DNA of 62,794 nucleotides, filler included, from Sluysia triapertura (Eukaryota), in NCBI GenBank assembly GCA_046118255.1. It is 4 parts of 4 records of this genome, joined end to end, with 100 filler letters (N's around TTAATTAATTAA, not from the genome) between each part and the next. Parts side by side here need not be neighbours in the genome. Positions count along the whole stretch, not along the records: positions 35,658 to 50,584 come from JBJNIA010243879.1; positions 50,685 to 62,794 come from JBJNIA010138503.1; 2 more parts are not named here. One strand, given 5' to 3'. The notes below the pieces were generated by a model. The model ran no database searches, had not been told where the DNA came from, and saw only the letters and a list, made by a program, of their open reading frames with translations. The position numbers and the translations under genes were made by a program. Shown piece after piece: positions 38,940-50,757 of this stretch (position 1 is the first letter of the stretch; each line of letters begins with the position of its first letter).

Positions 38940-40848
38940 GTACCATGCAACTATCAAAGTTATTGTCAGATTAATTGTCAAAGAAAGTTGTAGTGATTTG
39001 TTTGAGAAAATGTTTAATCAAAAATTTGCGAATGATTGGATGATGAGAAAATATAAAAAGGAATACCAAAAATTTTAAACTACAACACAACAATAACAAC
39101 AACGATTAATAATGTAAATGAGAAGATCCATTCTTTAAGTAATTTTTGAATTTATTTTATAATTAAAATTAATCTTATTTTGGGGTGATTTTTTTGTTTT
39201 TGTGTTTCTTCTGAGAGATTTATATTTGACTATCATTAAGAAATAATACTGAATAATAATTAATATTTTTCTTAGTGTTTATTGGGTCACTACTGGTTTC
39301 TTTAGATAGATTGTTATGTCCTTAGTATTGTTAATCTTATTATTTTAGTCATTTTTGTATTGTTTAGTGGATATTTATAATGCTGGTGTTTTTATATAAT
39401 TTAACCTACACTTGACTGCAAAATTATCTGAGGGTTTAGTCCACCTAATATATACGCTTTATACCAATTCTGGAGACTTACTATTAGGGTTTTTAAATTT
39501 AAGTAACTTAACTTAAATTGTTAATCAATACAACTAAATAAACTCGACTCAACTGCTTAAAATCTTTTGATTTTAGTTAGGTTGCACAACCCTTTTATTA
39601 AGGTGTTACACAACTCTCTACTGAGATGTTGTATTTAAAAGAATATTTTATTTATATTACACAACCCTTTTATTAAGGTGTTGTTGCAAAATAATGATTT
39701 TTAACTTAACGGTTTATTTAGTTATACAAATTCTTCAACTTAATTCAAATTATAAACTCAATGACAACTATTAAAACTCTCTAATATTTTATTCTTTACT
39801 TATCAAATACGAACAAAAACTAATACAAAACGATCGTATAATAACAATATGATTTTAAAATAATTCAATCTTTAGATTGATTATATCTATATTTTAAGCT
39901 TGAAAATTACTCAACCCTGTTTTAAGGTGCTAAAAAAATATACAGAAATTTGCCTAAGATTTTAGATATTTCCACTTAGGGTGAATATTAGAACCTTAAT
40001 AATAAAAAAATTACTTGTTTGACATCATTGAAACGAAAATATTAAAAATTTAATTCTTGATCTTGTCTTGTTATTGTTATGATAATAACTTGCGTCAATG
40101 ACTTGTGCTAATAACTTGATCGCTTGATTAACTTGATAACTTAATTCTTGCTTGCTGTGTCTATGTTTTCTGTGCCTAAACTATTTCAGATTATTCTATT
40201 TATATTTACTTGAACAAAGGTTTTTTATTAATAATTTTTTCCTTTATGAATAATAATTTTCTTTATTAAAATTTAACAAAAAATAACTAAATTGATTTTC
40301 TAAAAATAGCTAAAATAATTTTTCTCAATCCTAAAAATAAATAAATTATTTAATTTAAACAAAATTTAAAATTTACTTAGTTTTCTTTAATTTATTTTTT
40401 ATAAATCTTTTATTTAATTTTATATTTAACTTATATTTTTATCTTGTTTAATTTTTATATAATTTTTTGTATTTAATTTTATATTTTTATTTTAGTTATA
40501 ATAATAATATTTATAAAATAATTATTATAAAAACACAAATAAAATAAACATAAATAAATTACACCTTTACAATTGTTATGAATTATCTTTTTTCTAATAA
40601 AAATAGTTGTGCAAAAAATCAAATATTTTATTTTAATCTTCTAAGTATTGTTTAATTTTAATACAATTATATTATTTTATACAATAAAAATAATATTTAA
40701 ATCATTAACAAATACAGTATTTTATAATAAAAATAATATTCATAAGAATTATTAATTTTAAAATAAAATAATTAAATGTTTCAAAATTAAAGAATTAGAT
40801 GTTAAAAAAGATATTCAAATATAAATGCTAATGAAAATGTTATCCAAC

Positions 40849-42073
40849 AGTTGCGTCTTTATTTAAAATTATTAATATGAACTTAATAATTAAATTAAGT
40901 CAAAATTTTCAATCGTAAAATGGCTACTAATTATTGATTATTCTCTAACTACAGTAAATGTTCACAGAATAAATGCAATTTCTAATCATATATTAAAATC
41001 CTTGTGAATTCACTTCCATACTTTTACGCCTTAAATCACTAATAACAATAATTCAAAATTAATTTAATTCACCTAAATAAAATCTCAAATCAACTCAATA
41101 TTCACTAAATCAAGTACACTTATCACAAATTTATAAATTAATAATGATATATATTCAACCCAAAAATTATTTATTTAACTTTAGTTTTTGCAGTTTAATT
41201 AATTTTCAATTCCTCACTAAAATTTGTAATGGAAAATGTTTAAGGTTCTCTTTCCGAACAAAGCATTTTAAAAACATTTCAACCTCATTTTTTAGTACTC
41301 CTATTTATAGCAATCACTCTATCCTCAACTCATCATACGAAAATTTCATCATTTAAAATTAAAAATTAAAATTTGGCTTTGTTCAATATGGAGGCTTTCC
41401 TCCAATGAAATCGAAATGTCTTCTTAAAACACATACAAACACAATTACAATTTTAACATAGCATTCCTCATTCAAAAGTTATTCGTACAAACGTTATTTT
41501 CCTTAATTAAGTTAATTAAGATTTTAATTAACTAATCATTTATTTTAACTTATTTTATTCTAAGTTTAAAGGTTTTATAATGATAATAAAGTTGTTAAAT
41601 ACTTTATAAGGTACTCAGGAGGCTCTAGATGTTTTCACCCTCACCACTCTGATTCGTTTTTCTACATTTTTTATTTTAATTATTACTATATTAAATTTAC
41701 TATTAACCATGATTTTAATTCTTGAACATTTTTAAAAGTGCCAAACAGTTTTACAAAGTTACTTGAAAGTCTCAAAATTCTTCAAAGGTTCCAACAGATT
41801 AAAAAGGTCTCAAAAGATCCCAAGGTTCAGAATTTCAAAAATATATTCATACCTCAAGACTTACTTAATTTTCATAAGGGTCTCTATACCTTACAAAGGT
41901 CTTTGGAATTCCATGGGATTTTTCGATTTCAAAATGATTATAAACACTTTACTGTTAATTATTCTTGTTCTAGAAATAATTAATTGTGTTTATATTATCA
42001 TATTTCAGATATTTTATACCACTTTTTCATTTATATACTTTATTTTCTCTACTCAAAATGGACAATCCTAACA
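40849..42073 (+). mobile_element. Solo-LTR-like family 1 copy
   Basis: (A)GTTGCGTCTTTATTTAAAATT ... GGACAATCCTAACA. 41380-42073 is a close inverted match to 47469-48160. Confidence 0.8.
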
Positions 42074-42734
42074 TATATCTTTGTTTTAAAAAGACCTTTC
42101 GATGAAGGTATGGTTTGACCAAGTTCATTCAAGGAAAGCCTTAATATTGGACAAAGTCAAATGTTGATTAATTCTTAATTAAGGAATGCTGAATTTTTTA
42201 TATTTGAATGATGAAATTATAATTAAAATACAATATGAGATTGTTGCTATTGTTCTAGTTTTCAAAGTTTGAAACAATTATAATATTAATGTGATATGGG
42301 TCCGCCTGCGTATTACGATTTATCTTACGAAAAGGACGTATCCACAGGTAATGTAAATTCTGCGAAAGAGTAGCTTAATCTTTGAAATGTTGAAATGAGG
42401 GTCAATGTAGCAATTATTTATCAGTCTTACTTCTCTTTATAAATTAAATTCCTACTTTATTCCAAAAATTAATAGTTTACAAAATTGTTCTCTTTATTTT
42501 TTAAATAAGTTAATCTTCCACTTTATTCAAAACTTAATAGTTTGCAAAATTAGAATTATTCTTTCTTTTAGTAAATATGTAATTCTCTGAATTTATTTGT
42601 CTAAAATACCTTCTTTAACGAACTATATAACAACTAATTAATTGTACATTCAATAATTAATAATAATTAACAAATCACAATATAAAATATCAAAAATATT
42701 ACAAATTTATAATATAAATTTTAATAAAAATTTT

Positions 42735-45700
42735 GATCCAGGCGAATGCTTGGATTTTAACTTGAAAATAAAATTAAGTACTATTTTGATGCAACTTATT
42801 TATGCAAAATTCTTACTAGGAATAAACTTACTTACGTTTTTCATTCATTATAATAAAAATTTCCAGAAATAAAAGCTCGATTTTATGAATTCCTCTTCAA
42901 AGTTGCTTTGATATGTCGAACAAAGTTAGGTGTGATAAACAAATCCTTAAAATTGGTTTCCACGGTGAATTTCAAAATTATCTTTTTAACAAATTCGTTA
43001 ACGATTACCAGATTTATAAACACTCTTGTTATTATAAAGTTTTTGCTTCATTATTTTCTGATATTTATACGATTACGAAAGACGAATGAATAATGAATGA
43101 CAGATTTATAGAATTACGCAGATCTTTAGATATTTTAATAGTTTTTTGATAAACAATGGATTTATAGAATAAATAATACTTATAAATCTGTGTGAATAAT
43201 TGTTTAATATTCATAAATTTGTATAGATAATTGATAATTTCACATAAATAATGGTTATTTGAATGACTAATTATTATATTCATAAAAGTACAGAATAAAT
43301 ATTATTTAATTTACTAATTTCAGTTAGATTTTTAATTTTTTAATTTACAAATTTAATTTTATAACTTTATAGTATTTACAGTATTAATTTTATTTTACAA
43401 AGATTTTTACACATTTTACAAATTTGTGTAAAACTGAGTTTGAAATGTTTGTAGAGTGGTTTGTTTGAGTATAAGAACCTTAAACATTTTCCATAAGAAA
43501 ATGGATGTGAAAAATTTAAAATCAATTAAAATCTAAAAAAAATTAAATTCATTATTTTTATATATGTTAACTATACTGGTAATTGTTATTTTAATAAGAG
43601 AAGTAACTTAAATAAAAGAAGGTTGAGTAAAGTAAAAGAAAATAATGGTTCATAATTAATCAATTTTTGGTATATTTAATAAAGTCTGACAGAATGTAAT
43701 GTTACTATCCATTTAATTCTCAAAGAATGTTGTGATGATTTGTGTAAATGTTTGATTGTAAAACTGAGGAATGATTAAGTATAAAAAGGAATACTTAAGA
43801 ATTTTAAGTCAGAAGATCCATGTATTTGGTAACATTTTTATTGTTATTTAATATTACTTTAATTTTTGTTTTTTTGGGTTTACAATATATTTATTTTTGG
43901 GAATCACTCATTATTTAGATATGTGCATTGGATAACATCTTAATTTTCTATTTATTATTAATTTAAATTTTGCTTTAGGAAGTTCATGATATTTTTATTT
44001 TATTTACTTTTTCGGAATCATCTACGTTTTTAGTTTCAGTAATTTTTAATTGATTTTCTTTAATCTTATTTTTGGAAAAAGAATAACAGGAGATACCCTT
44101 TTTAGTTTTGGTTTGGTTAATATACTATTTAAAAATATAACATATAAACGACAATTGTGATATACAGAATATATTTAAAATTACATCGTATTTAAATTTT
44201 TAATTAATTTAATTTAATTAATTTAATTATAGATCCAAACATGGCATATGATCTCATTTGTAAATCATTGTAATTAAACATTGAATATGATTTTTAATAA
44301 AATATTTTGTTGTGCCTTAACTCTTAGTACTCTAACAAATCCATTTATTCAATTAAGCGAAAATCAAGTACTAAATTAGCGAAGGTTTATTGGGATAACT
44401 TTGGCGTTTTATATGATTAAATTGCTTGAATTCTTCAATATAGTACTCGTGGTAATTCTTAGTGTTGAAATATTAAAATTGACTACAATAAGTACTAAAT
44501 TAACAGTACTTAAGGCACATGGTAACTATAAAGTATTTAATTTGACTCTCTAAATAACAACACGAATAAAATCTTAATTTTTGTATTAAAAACATCATAA
44601 AATCCCATGAGCACAAGATACGGTGAATAAAAAAAACTAAAAAGGTCAAAATGTAACGTACCACACGAATATTTATACAACATTTTAATACATTTGAATA
44701 ACTTCGTAACGGGAATCATGCGACATCGTAAACTAGTAAGTTACCGGCATGATGTCTTCATCGGTTTATCATCACACCATAATCGTGAACAAAACTTTTG
44801 ATCAATAATCCGAACAATGGCGGACGAATACGTGTCTGAAAACTATCAATAAACTTCCCTCGTGAATGTTATTAAATAATGCTTTTATACCGGATATGTT
44901 CCTCTTTGTATACCTTCATATGGCAGTTCGTTAGTAATTTTTTCATCTAAAACGTCTAAAGCCATAATTTCATTTCAATAGATTCTAATTTGAATCTTTA
45001 AATTGTACCAAATATAGATGGTTATAATAAAATCTTACAAATATAAATATAAATCACTAAAAACGATTTGCATAATTTCCAACGATTATAGAGATGAATT
45101 TTAATTTATTATACTATTAAACAGAAAAATACATGAAGTTGAAGCAAAAATAAATTTTTACATAATTTTAACATTTTAAACAAAATAAAAACAATATTTA
45201 TTTGCAGGAATGAATCTTTATTTATCAATAAACTTCATCTCTAATTCTTACCAGCAAGATCTTTATAATATTAAATAAAATTGTTGCCTTTGAGGAAACT
45301 GAATAAACAATTTCAGTTACTTGTAGCAAATCAGTATGAAACTATCAAGATTCAATTATTGCACAATTAAATGCATTATTTGGTTATTTCAAGTTTTTAT
45401 AGCATATATCTTGCTGATTTTCTTCTGGTATCTTCTTTGTTTATTGCATTATCCAGTTTACTGTTTATTAGATCGCTTCTTTTGAATTCACTTTATTTTG
45501 ACTTCAATAAAAAATCGAAATCTAAGATATAGATAATAAATAAGAGAGCAGAAGGTATTAAAAATAAGACAATGACGGTGTGGCTTGCAAAATAACGATA
45601 TTATGTATGTTTCTTAATGAAGTTACATCATTCGTAAGGATTAGAACCAGGTAGCGTTATAGATTTACGCAAAAATTTAATTTTAATTAAGAGTTACTAT

Positions 45701-45960
45701 TTTATAAGGTTGGAGTTTTGGTAATGACAATGATATAGTATTAAATAATGTGATTCGTGAGATGTGTGCGTATGTGTATGTGTAGATGACACAATATGAT
45801 CGTGATAAACGGCATAACCACTGCAATAACAGAATTAATTTATAAAATATATAAAACAATGGGCCATACATAAAATCTGAACGTTTTATATGTATAAGTA
45901 TCCTTCTTTTATAAGCAGTCATAAATTATTATATTACTTTAGTCAGGATCACCCTAAATT
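42735..45960 (-). pseudogene. mio: mio/MIOS-like pseudogene (copy G)
   Basis: Against MIOS: ORF 45683-45922 LLLQWL...ISRITLFNTISLS (ASFAWH...MSDFTVFERISLA), LTNDVTSLR (LEKDIATKM), EMKLWL (LKSLWY), ISGIKALF (YAGIKSIV), VRIIDQKFC (ERILALQLC), ORF 44537-44719 FKCIKML..YLVLMGFYD (RRAIQIL..AMALSGYTD), and LRNSINLSFIIH (YRNLLDAWRFWH). The KHSP motif is shared with copy D. Confidence 0.7.
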
Positions 45961-46084
45961 GCATTAATAATAATAATAATGCATTAATTATAATAATAAA
46001 ATATTAAATTTCATTTTATTTTATGTACAATATTTTATTTTATGTGCATCCTTATTTTATGTACAATATTTATATAAAAATTAA

Positions 46085-46360
46085 TCCTCAAATTACCAAT
46101 CTTGGTCAAAAATGACCAAATTAAAATTATCCTCATAAATTCATCAAATTGAACGAAATAAAAATGATACTTTTACGTATTGTAATAAGTGACCTTATCT
46201 TTCTACATCAAAAAATATAAACTCATCTACTTTATTCCACAATATGGATACATACATAATCGAGGACAATCAAGACGATATAAGCGAAGCAGATGATTTA
46301 ATTGAAGAAATTGTTTTGAATTCAGACGGATATTATGGTGAAGATGAAAAATATTAAAAG
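46085..46360 (+). mobile_element. Possible piggyBac-like left end with a short acidic ORF
   Basis: TTAA|TCCTCAAATTACC..TGGTCAAAAATGACCA (subterminal palindrome), then MDTYIIEDNQDDISEADDLIEEIVLNSDG. No matching right end found. Confidence 0.35.
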
Positions 46361-47233
46361 CAAAATTTAGTGTAAAAATAAAATCACATTTAACCAAATT
46401 TATATTAAAAAAAATTAAGTAAAAAAATTAGTGTAATAGATTCAGTCAATTTATGATTAAAATTTCTTTTGTAATTATTTTAAATAAATATTAAGATTGT
46501 TTATTTTTTGTGACCTTCAGTTTTTTGTTTAATAAATGAAAGTCATTAGATATTTAACAAAAATTTTGCATATTACTTATAATATCAAAATAAAGTTAAA
46601 TATTCTACTATTTTAAACTATTTAGTTTAACTAACTACTATTTTTAACTAAATCAGAAGTATATGAAATAGGAATTCATTCAATAAATAAATTATAATCA
46701 CGATAGTATATAAATTAAGCTCATATTTAATTATGAAATAAAGAATATATCATAGAAACTGATAGGTTAATTTACATTGTTATTTCAAACAAAACTCAGA
46801 AATGTAATCTAATTATAAATTTTGAACAAAAAATATTAATAATCACAGAATGGAGATATTTTATAAAATATTGAGTATCGTTTATCGCTATTAAGTACAA
46901 TCACAAATTAATTCTTAAAATAATTCGATCAAAAATATAAATAAAACAATAAAATAAAATTGTGCAAAATCATAGTTAAACTAAATTGAAATAAAGCAAA
47001 AAATTAATAAAAATAATTTTGTCTATATATTTTATACGCAAATTTGTATACAAATTTGATGATACAAGTAAATTTTTCTAAATTTATAAAACTTTGAATT
47101 TCCATCTTTAATATGAGCAGAAAGTTAAAAAGATTCACCTTAATGACATAAGAGATGAATTTTAAGATCATTTGAACTTGATGTTTTTAATTTTTAAAAT
47201 CTAATAAAAAGTGAAACAATACTTTTGATACTG

Positions 47234-47363
47234 TTAAACTTCATAAAATGGATCAAACTCGGGACCTCTCACTGCGCAGTTCGATGCTGTACTCAATCAG
47301 CTATCAGCCCTGCCTAACAATTTTTAGATTATAGTCAACCATACCAAATGGCACCTTAGGCCT
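47234..47363 (-). repeat. Copy of the tRNA-Cys-like repeat including its upstream flank
   Basis: Reverse complement aggcctaaggtgccatttggtat...ggctgatagct...gtacagcatcgaactgcgcagtgagaggtcccgagtttgatccattttatgaagt matches 60967-61108. Confidence 0.8.
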
Positions 47364-47417
47364 ATATGCCAACAATAACACCTTAAGTTAACTTTTAAGA
47401 TAAGTTTAAAGAGCAAA

Positions 47418-47419
<2 letters not shown>

Positions 47420-47460
<41 letters not shown>

Positions 47461-47468
47461 GTTGTTGT
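47420..47468. repeat. (TTA)n(TTG)n microsatellite abutting the LTR-like element
   Basis: Seen directly; the TTA run resumes at 48857-48876. Confidence 0.9.
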
Positions 47469-48856
47469 TGTTGGGATTGCTCAGTTAGTGTATAGAAAAT
47501 AAAATATATATAAGAAAACGCGATATAAAATATCTGAAATGCAAACATAATTAAATATTTCTAGAACAAGAATAATAAACAGTAAAATGTTTATAATCAT
47601 TTTCAAACCGAAGAATACCTTGGAGTTTCAAAGACCTTTGTAGGGTATTGAGACCCTTATGAAGACTTAAGTAAGGTTTGGAAATATGTCTAAAGTTATG
47701 AAGATATTTTGAACTTCTGAAACTTGAGATCTTTTGAGACCTTGTTGATCTGTTGGAACCTTTGAAGAATTTTGAGACTTTCAAGTAACTTTGTAAAAAT
47801 GTTTGACACTTTTAAAAATGTTCAAGAATTAAAATCATGGTTAATAGTAAATTTAATACAGTAATAATTAAAATACAAAAGGTAGAAAAGGAATCAGATT
47901 AGTGAAGGCGAAAACATCTAGAGCCTCCTGAGTACCTTATAAAGTATTTAATAACTTTATAATCATAATAATACCTTTAAACTTAGAATAAAATAAGTTA
48001 AAATAAATTAAGGAAAATTACGTTTGTGTGAATAACTTTTGAATGAGGAATGCTACGTTAAAATTGTACTTGTGTGTATGTGTGTATTTTAAAGAGATCT
48101 TCCGACGAAGATAAGGTTTGACCAAGTTCATGCGTGGAAAGCCTCCATATTGAACAAATTTGAATTGATTTTAATTGAATTTAGAGAGACTCTCTGACCA
48201 AATTACCTTACATTTTTTGGCTATTAAGTTAGAATAGAGCAATCGATGAGATAGATATGTTATTATTATTAATTTTAATTTCTTCAGATTTTGGTATTTT
48301 AATTTTTGTTGTTGTTGTGTCACCTCTGGTTTCTTTGGTCGTAATATTGTTGTGGTCGTAATATTGTCATAAATTTTATTGTTAACTTCGAAATTTAGTT
48401 ATTTTTCATTTAGTTTACTTATATTATTGTTCAAGTAGAGAATAATGATAACGAATTGTACTTAATTTTTTTAATTATTATATTATTATTTTAAATTAAG
48501 GATGTAATTTTTGGGTTGAATAAATATCATTATTAAAATAAGAAAATTTGTGATAAGGTATAATTGATGTAGTGAATTTTTAAATCATTTGATATTTTAT
48601 TTAAATAAAGTAAATAATATTGGATTATTGTCATTACTGATTTAAGACGAAACAGTATTGTACTTTTTAATTGAATTTGTAAAGTCTTTAATTTATAATT
48701 AGAATCTTTATTCAATATGTGAACATTGAGAGTTTATTGCAAATAAAGAATAATCGATAATTTGTGCCTATTTTACGATTACTGAAAATACATCGAAAAA
48801 TTTAAGCTAATTTAATTATTGAGTTATTGTTAATAATTTTAAATAACGACGCAACA
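47469..48856 (-). mobile_element. Copy of solo-LTR-like family 1 with both termini (1388 bp, TGTTG...CAACA)
   Basis: Begins TGTTGGGATTGC and ends GACGCAACA (5-bp terminal inverted repeat), flanked on both sides by TTA microsatellite; non-coding. Confidence 0.8.
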
Positions 48857-49299
48857 TTATTATTATTATTATTATTGCTACAATTTACCTGAAAATTTTA
48901 GAAAAACCTTGGTTTAACGTATATATACGATTTATAAGGACCGTCCACTTATTTATAAGAAAGCAATATCTATATATAATACGAGTCTATTTAATAGCTA
49001 AAATCAGCATCGCTGATACTGAAAATTTATTACTAAATTATTTAGTTAAATTATATAAATGAATAATCAGAATTATAAAGATTATTTATCTTAATGCTAA
49101 ATGTAAACTTAGCTTAAATCTAAGTAAATCTTAGTTTTAATCAGTTTAAATCAGTTTAGTGAAAATCACCATTTGTAGTGTCAGCCATATTGGATTTTAA
49201 TCATCATTTTGCAGCTAGTTTGTTACAGTTATTTCAATTTTTCAAATTTTGTTGTAGTCATCTGAATATTCAGTCAATTAACATTTTTAGTAGGGTTTC

Positions 49300-50540
49300 C
49301 AGAATCATAATCAGAGTGCAATTTTTTTCCATTATTCCTTAAGGCATTTCAATCGTCAGGATTGAGAAAATAAAATCCATAGAATTCTTATTAGTAATTT
49401 TTTAATCAACCCGATCTAATGAAGGAAAATTTAAAATTAAAATCTATCAGAAAAAAGGTTAAAGATCTTGTGTGATGTTAACTCTAAAATATTAATCTTG
49501 TCTATTGTCTTACTTTTTTAATATATTATTTGATTTTATTATTAGTATTTGTTAATAAATCTTTGAACTGTTTAAAACATTGTTTGTGAATTTAGTTTTG
49601 ATAAGAATTAAATTAGCAAATCATAATAGTATAAAATTTAGATTTTTGAACTTAATTGTTAAAGTTAAGATCATTCAAGATACATTAAGAATTTGATTGA
49701 TTGCAATTATAGGACAAATCGTTAAGCATAAGACACTCCAAAATATAGACCTTTATTGTAACCGGGGACCATACTCAATTTTTATTTTGTCGCAGATAAA
49801 GTGTTGTCAAGATGAACATATTGTCTAACACAGTGACGGTCAATCTAGAGAAAAATACAATTAAAGTTAGAAAGTTCCACAGAAGACATAATTAAATTTA
49901 TTAGCAGCCATCTTGTCAATCAATTTTTAAAAGATTTTGAGTTTTAATCAATCAATTCTAAAGTAAAATATTACAACAAGGAACTCCTTTTCTACTTATT
50001 CCAATCTTTTCCATGACATGGTAAATTATTCTATATTTTAAAAATCAAGATTATAAAATATACGTAAAATTCGAATTTTATAATTTTATTATAAGAACTG
50101 CAATATATTGAGAGGAAATTTTCGATTTAAATTCAAAAAGGAAGTTGATTAAAGATCCCGTTTGGCTTACTTATTGTGTAAATTTTGTTTTTGAACTTTG
50201 GATCATTGTATTTAATTTAATATAATTAGAGTTGATTAATCGTTAAATCATTAATGTTTGAAAAAGTTCAGGAAATTTTAATTGCTCGAATGTGTAATTG
50301 GAAGATTCAGGAAAATTTATTATTATTATTATTCAACATTTAATCATTAGAAAACAACACGCAATTGCTGGAACTATTCGTCCTTTAAATTAATTGACAA
50401 AACCGAACAGTCTTTTTGGAACCAGACATCAATTCTACTATATTTTTAAGGCATTGCATTATTATATTTGCATTAAAATCCACTTAAAATCTTTTCATAT
50501 TTCGTTCAAGCATTCGCCTGAGTTAAAATCTACCTAAATT
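49300..50540 (+). pseudogene. mio/MIOS-like remnant (copy D, C-terminal half)
   Basis: TFIVTG/PYSIFILSQIK (49750; matches copy C TFIVTGPFSKNILLLVK), SDGQS (GDVQT), KDPVWLTY...ELW (50151; KDERVQYW...DAW), CS./CNWKI (CNFCGKSI), and RNCWNYSSFKL (matches copy E HSCWK*SSYRI). Confidence 0.5.
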
Positions 50541-50584
50541 CGATTGTATTTGATAAAACTCAAGGAGAAAGATATATATATATA

Positions 50585-50684
50585 NNNNNNNNNNNNNNNN
50601 NNNNNNNNNNNNNNNNNNNNNNNNNNNNTTAATTAATTAANNNNNNNNNNNNNNNNNNNNNNNNNNNNNNNNNNNNNNNNNNNN
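50585..50684. other. Artificial contig linker / gap
   Basis: N44-TTAATTAATTAA-N44. Confidence 0.98.
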
Positions 50685-50685
50685 T

Positions 50686-50757
50686 GAATTTTATATTGCA
50701 TATGCTGATTATAATGATCTAATGAAAATAACAGAGGAGATGTTATCTAGTTTAGTT
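50686..50757 (+). pseudogene. LysRS: Lysyl-tRNA synthetase fragment at the contig start
   Basis: EFYIAYADYNDLMKITEEMLSSLV closely matches the conserved LysRS segment EFYMAYADY.DLM.ITE.M.S.MV. Similarity stops abruptly and the frame continues into unrelated acidic sequence. Confidence 0.8.

Noticed and set aside
41738-42071. ORFs duplicated at 47551-47784 (MKVSKFFKGSNR...)
   Set aside because: They lie in the LTR-like repeat; frames are not conserved among copies and no domain is recognisable.
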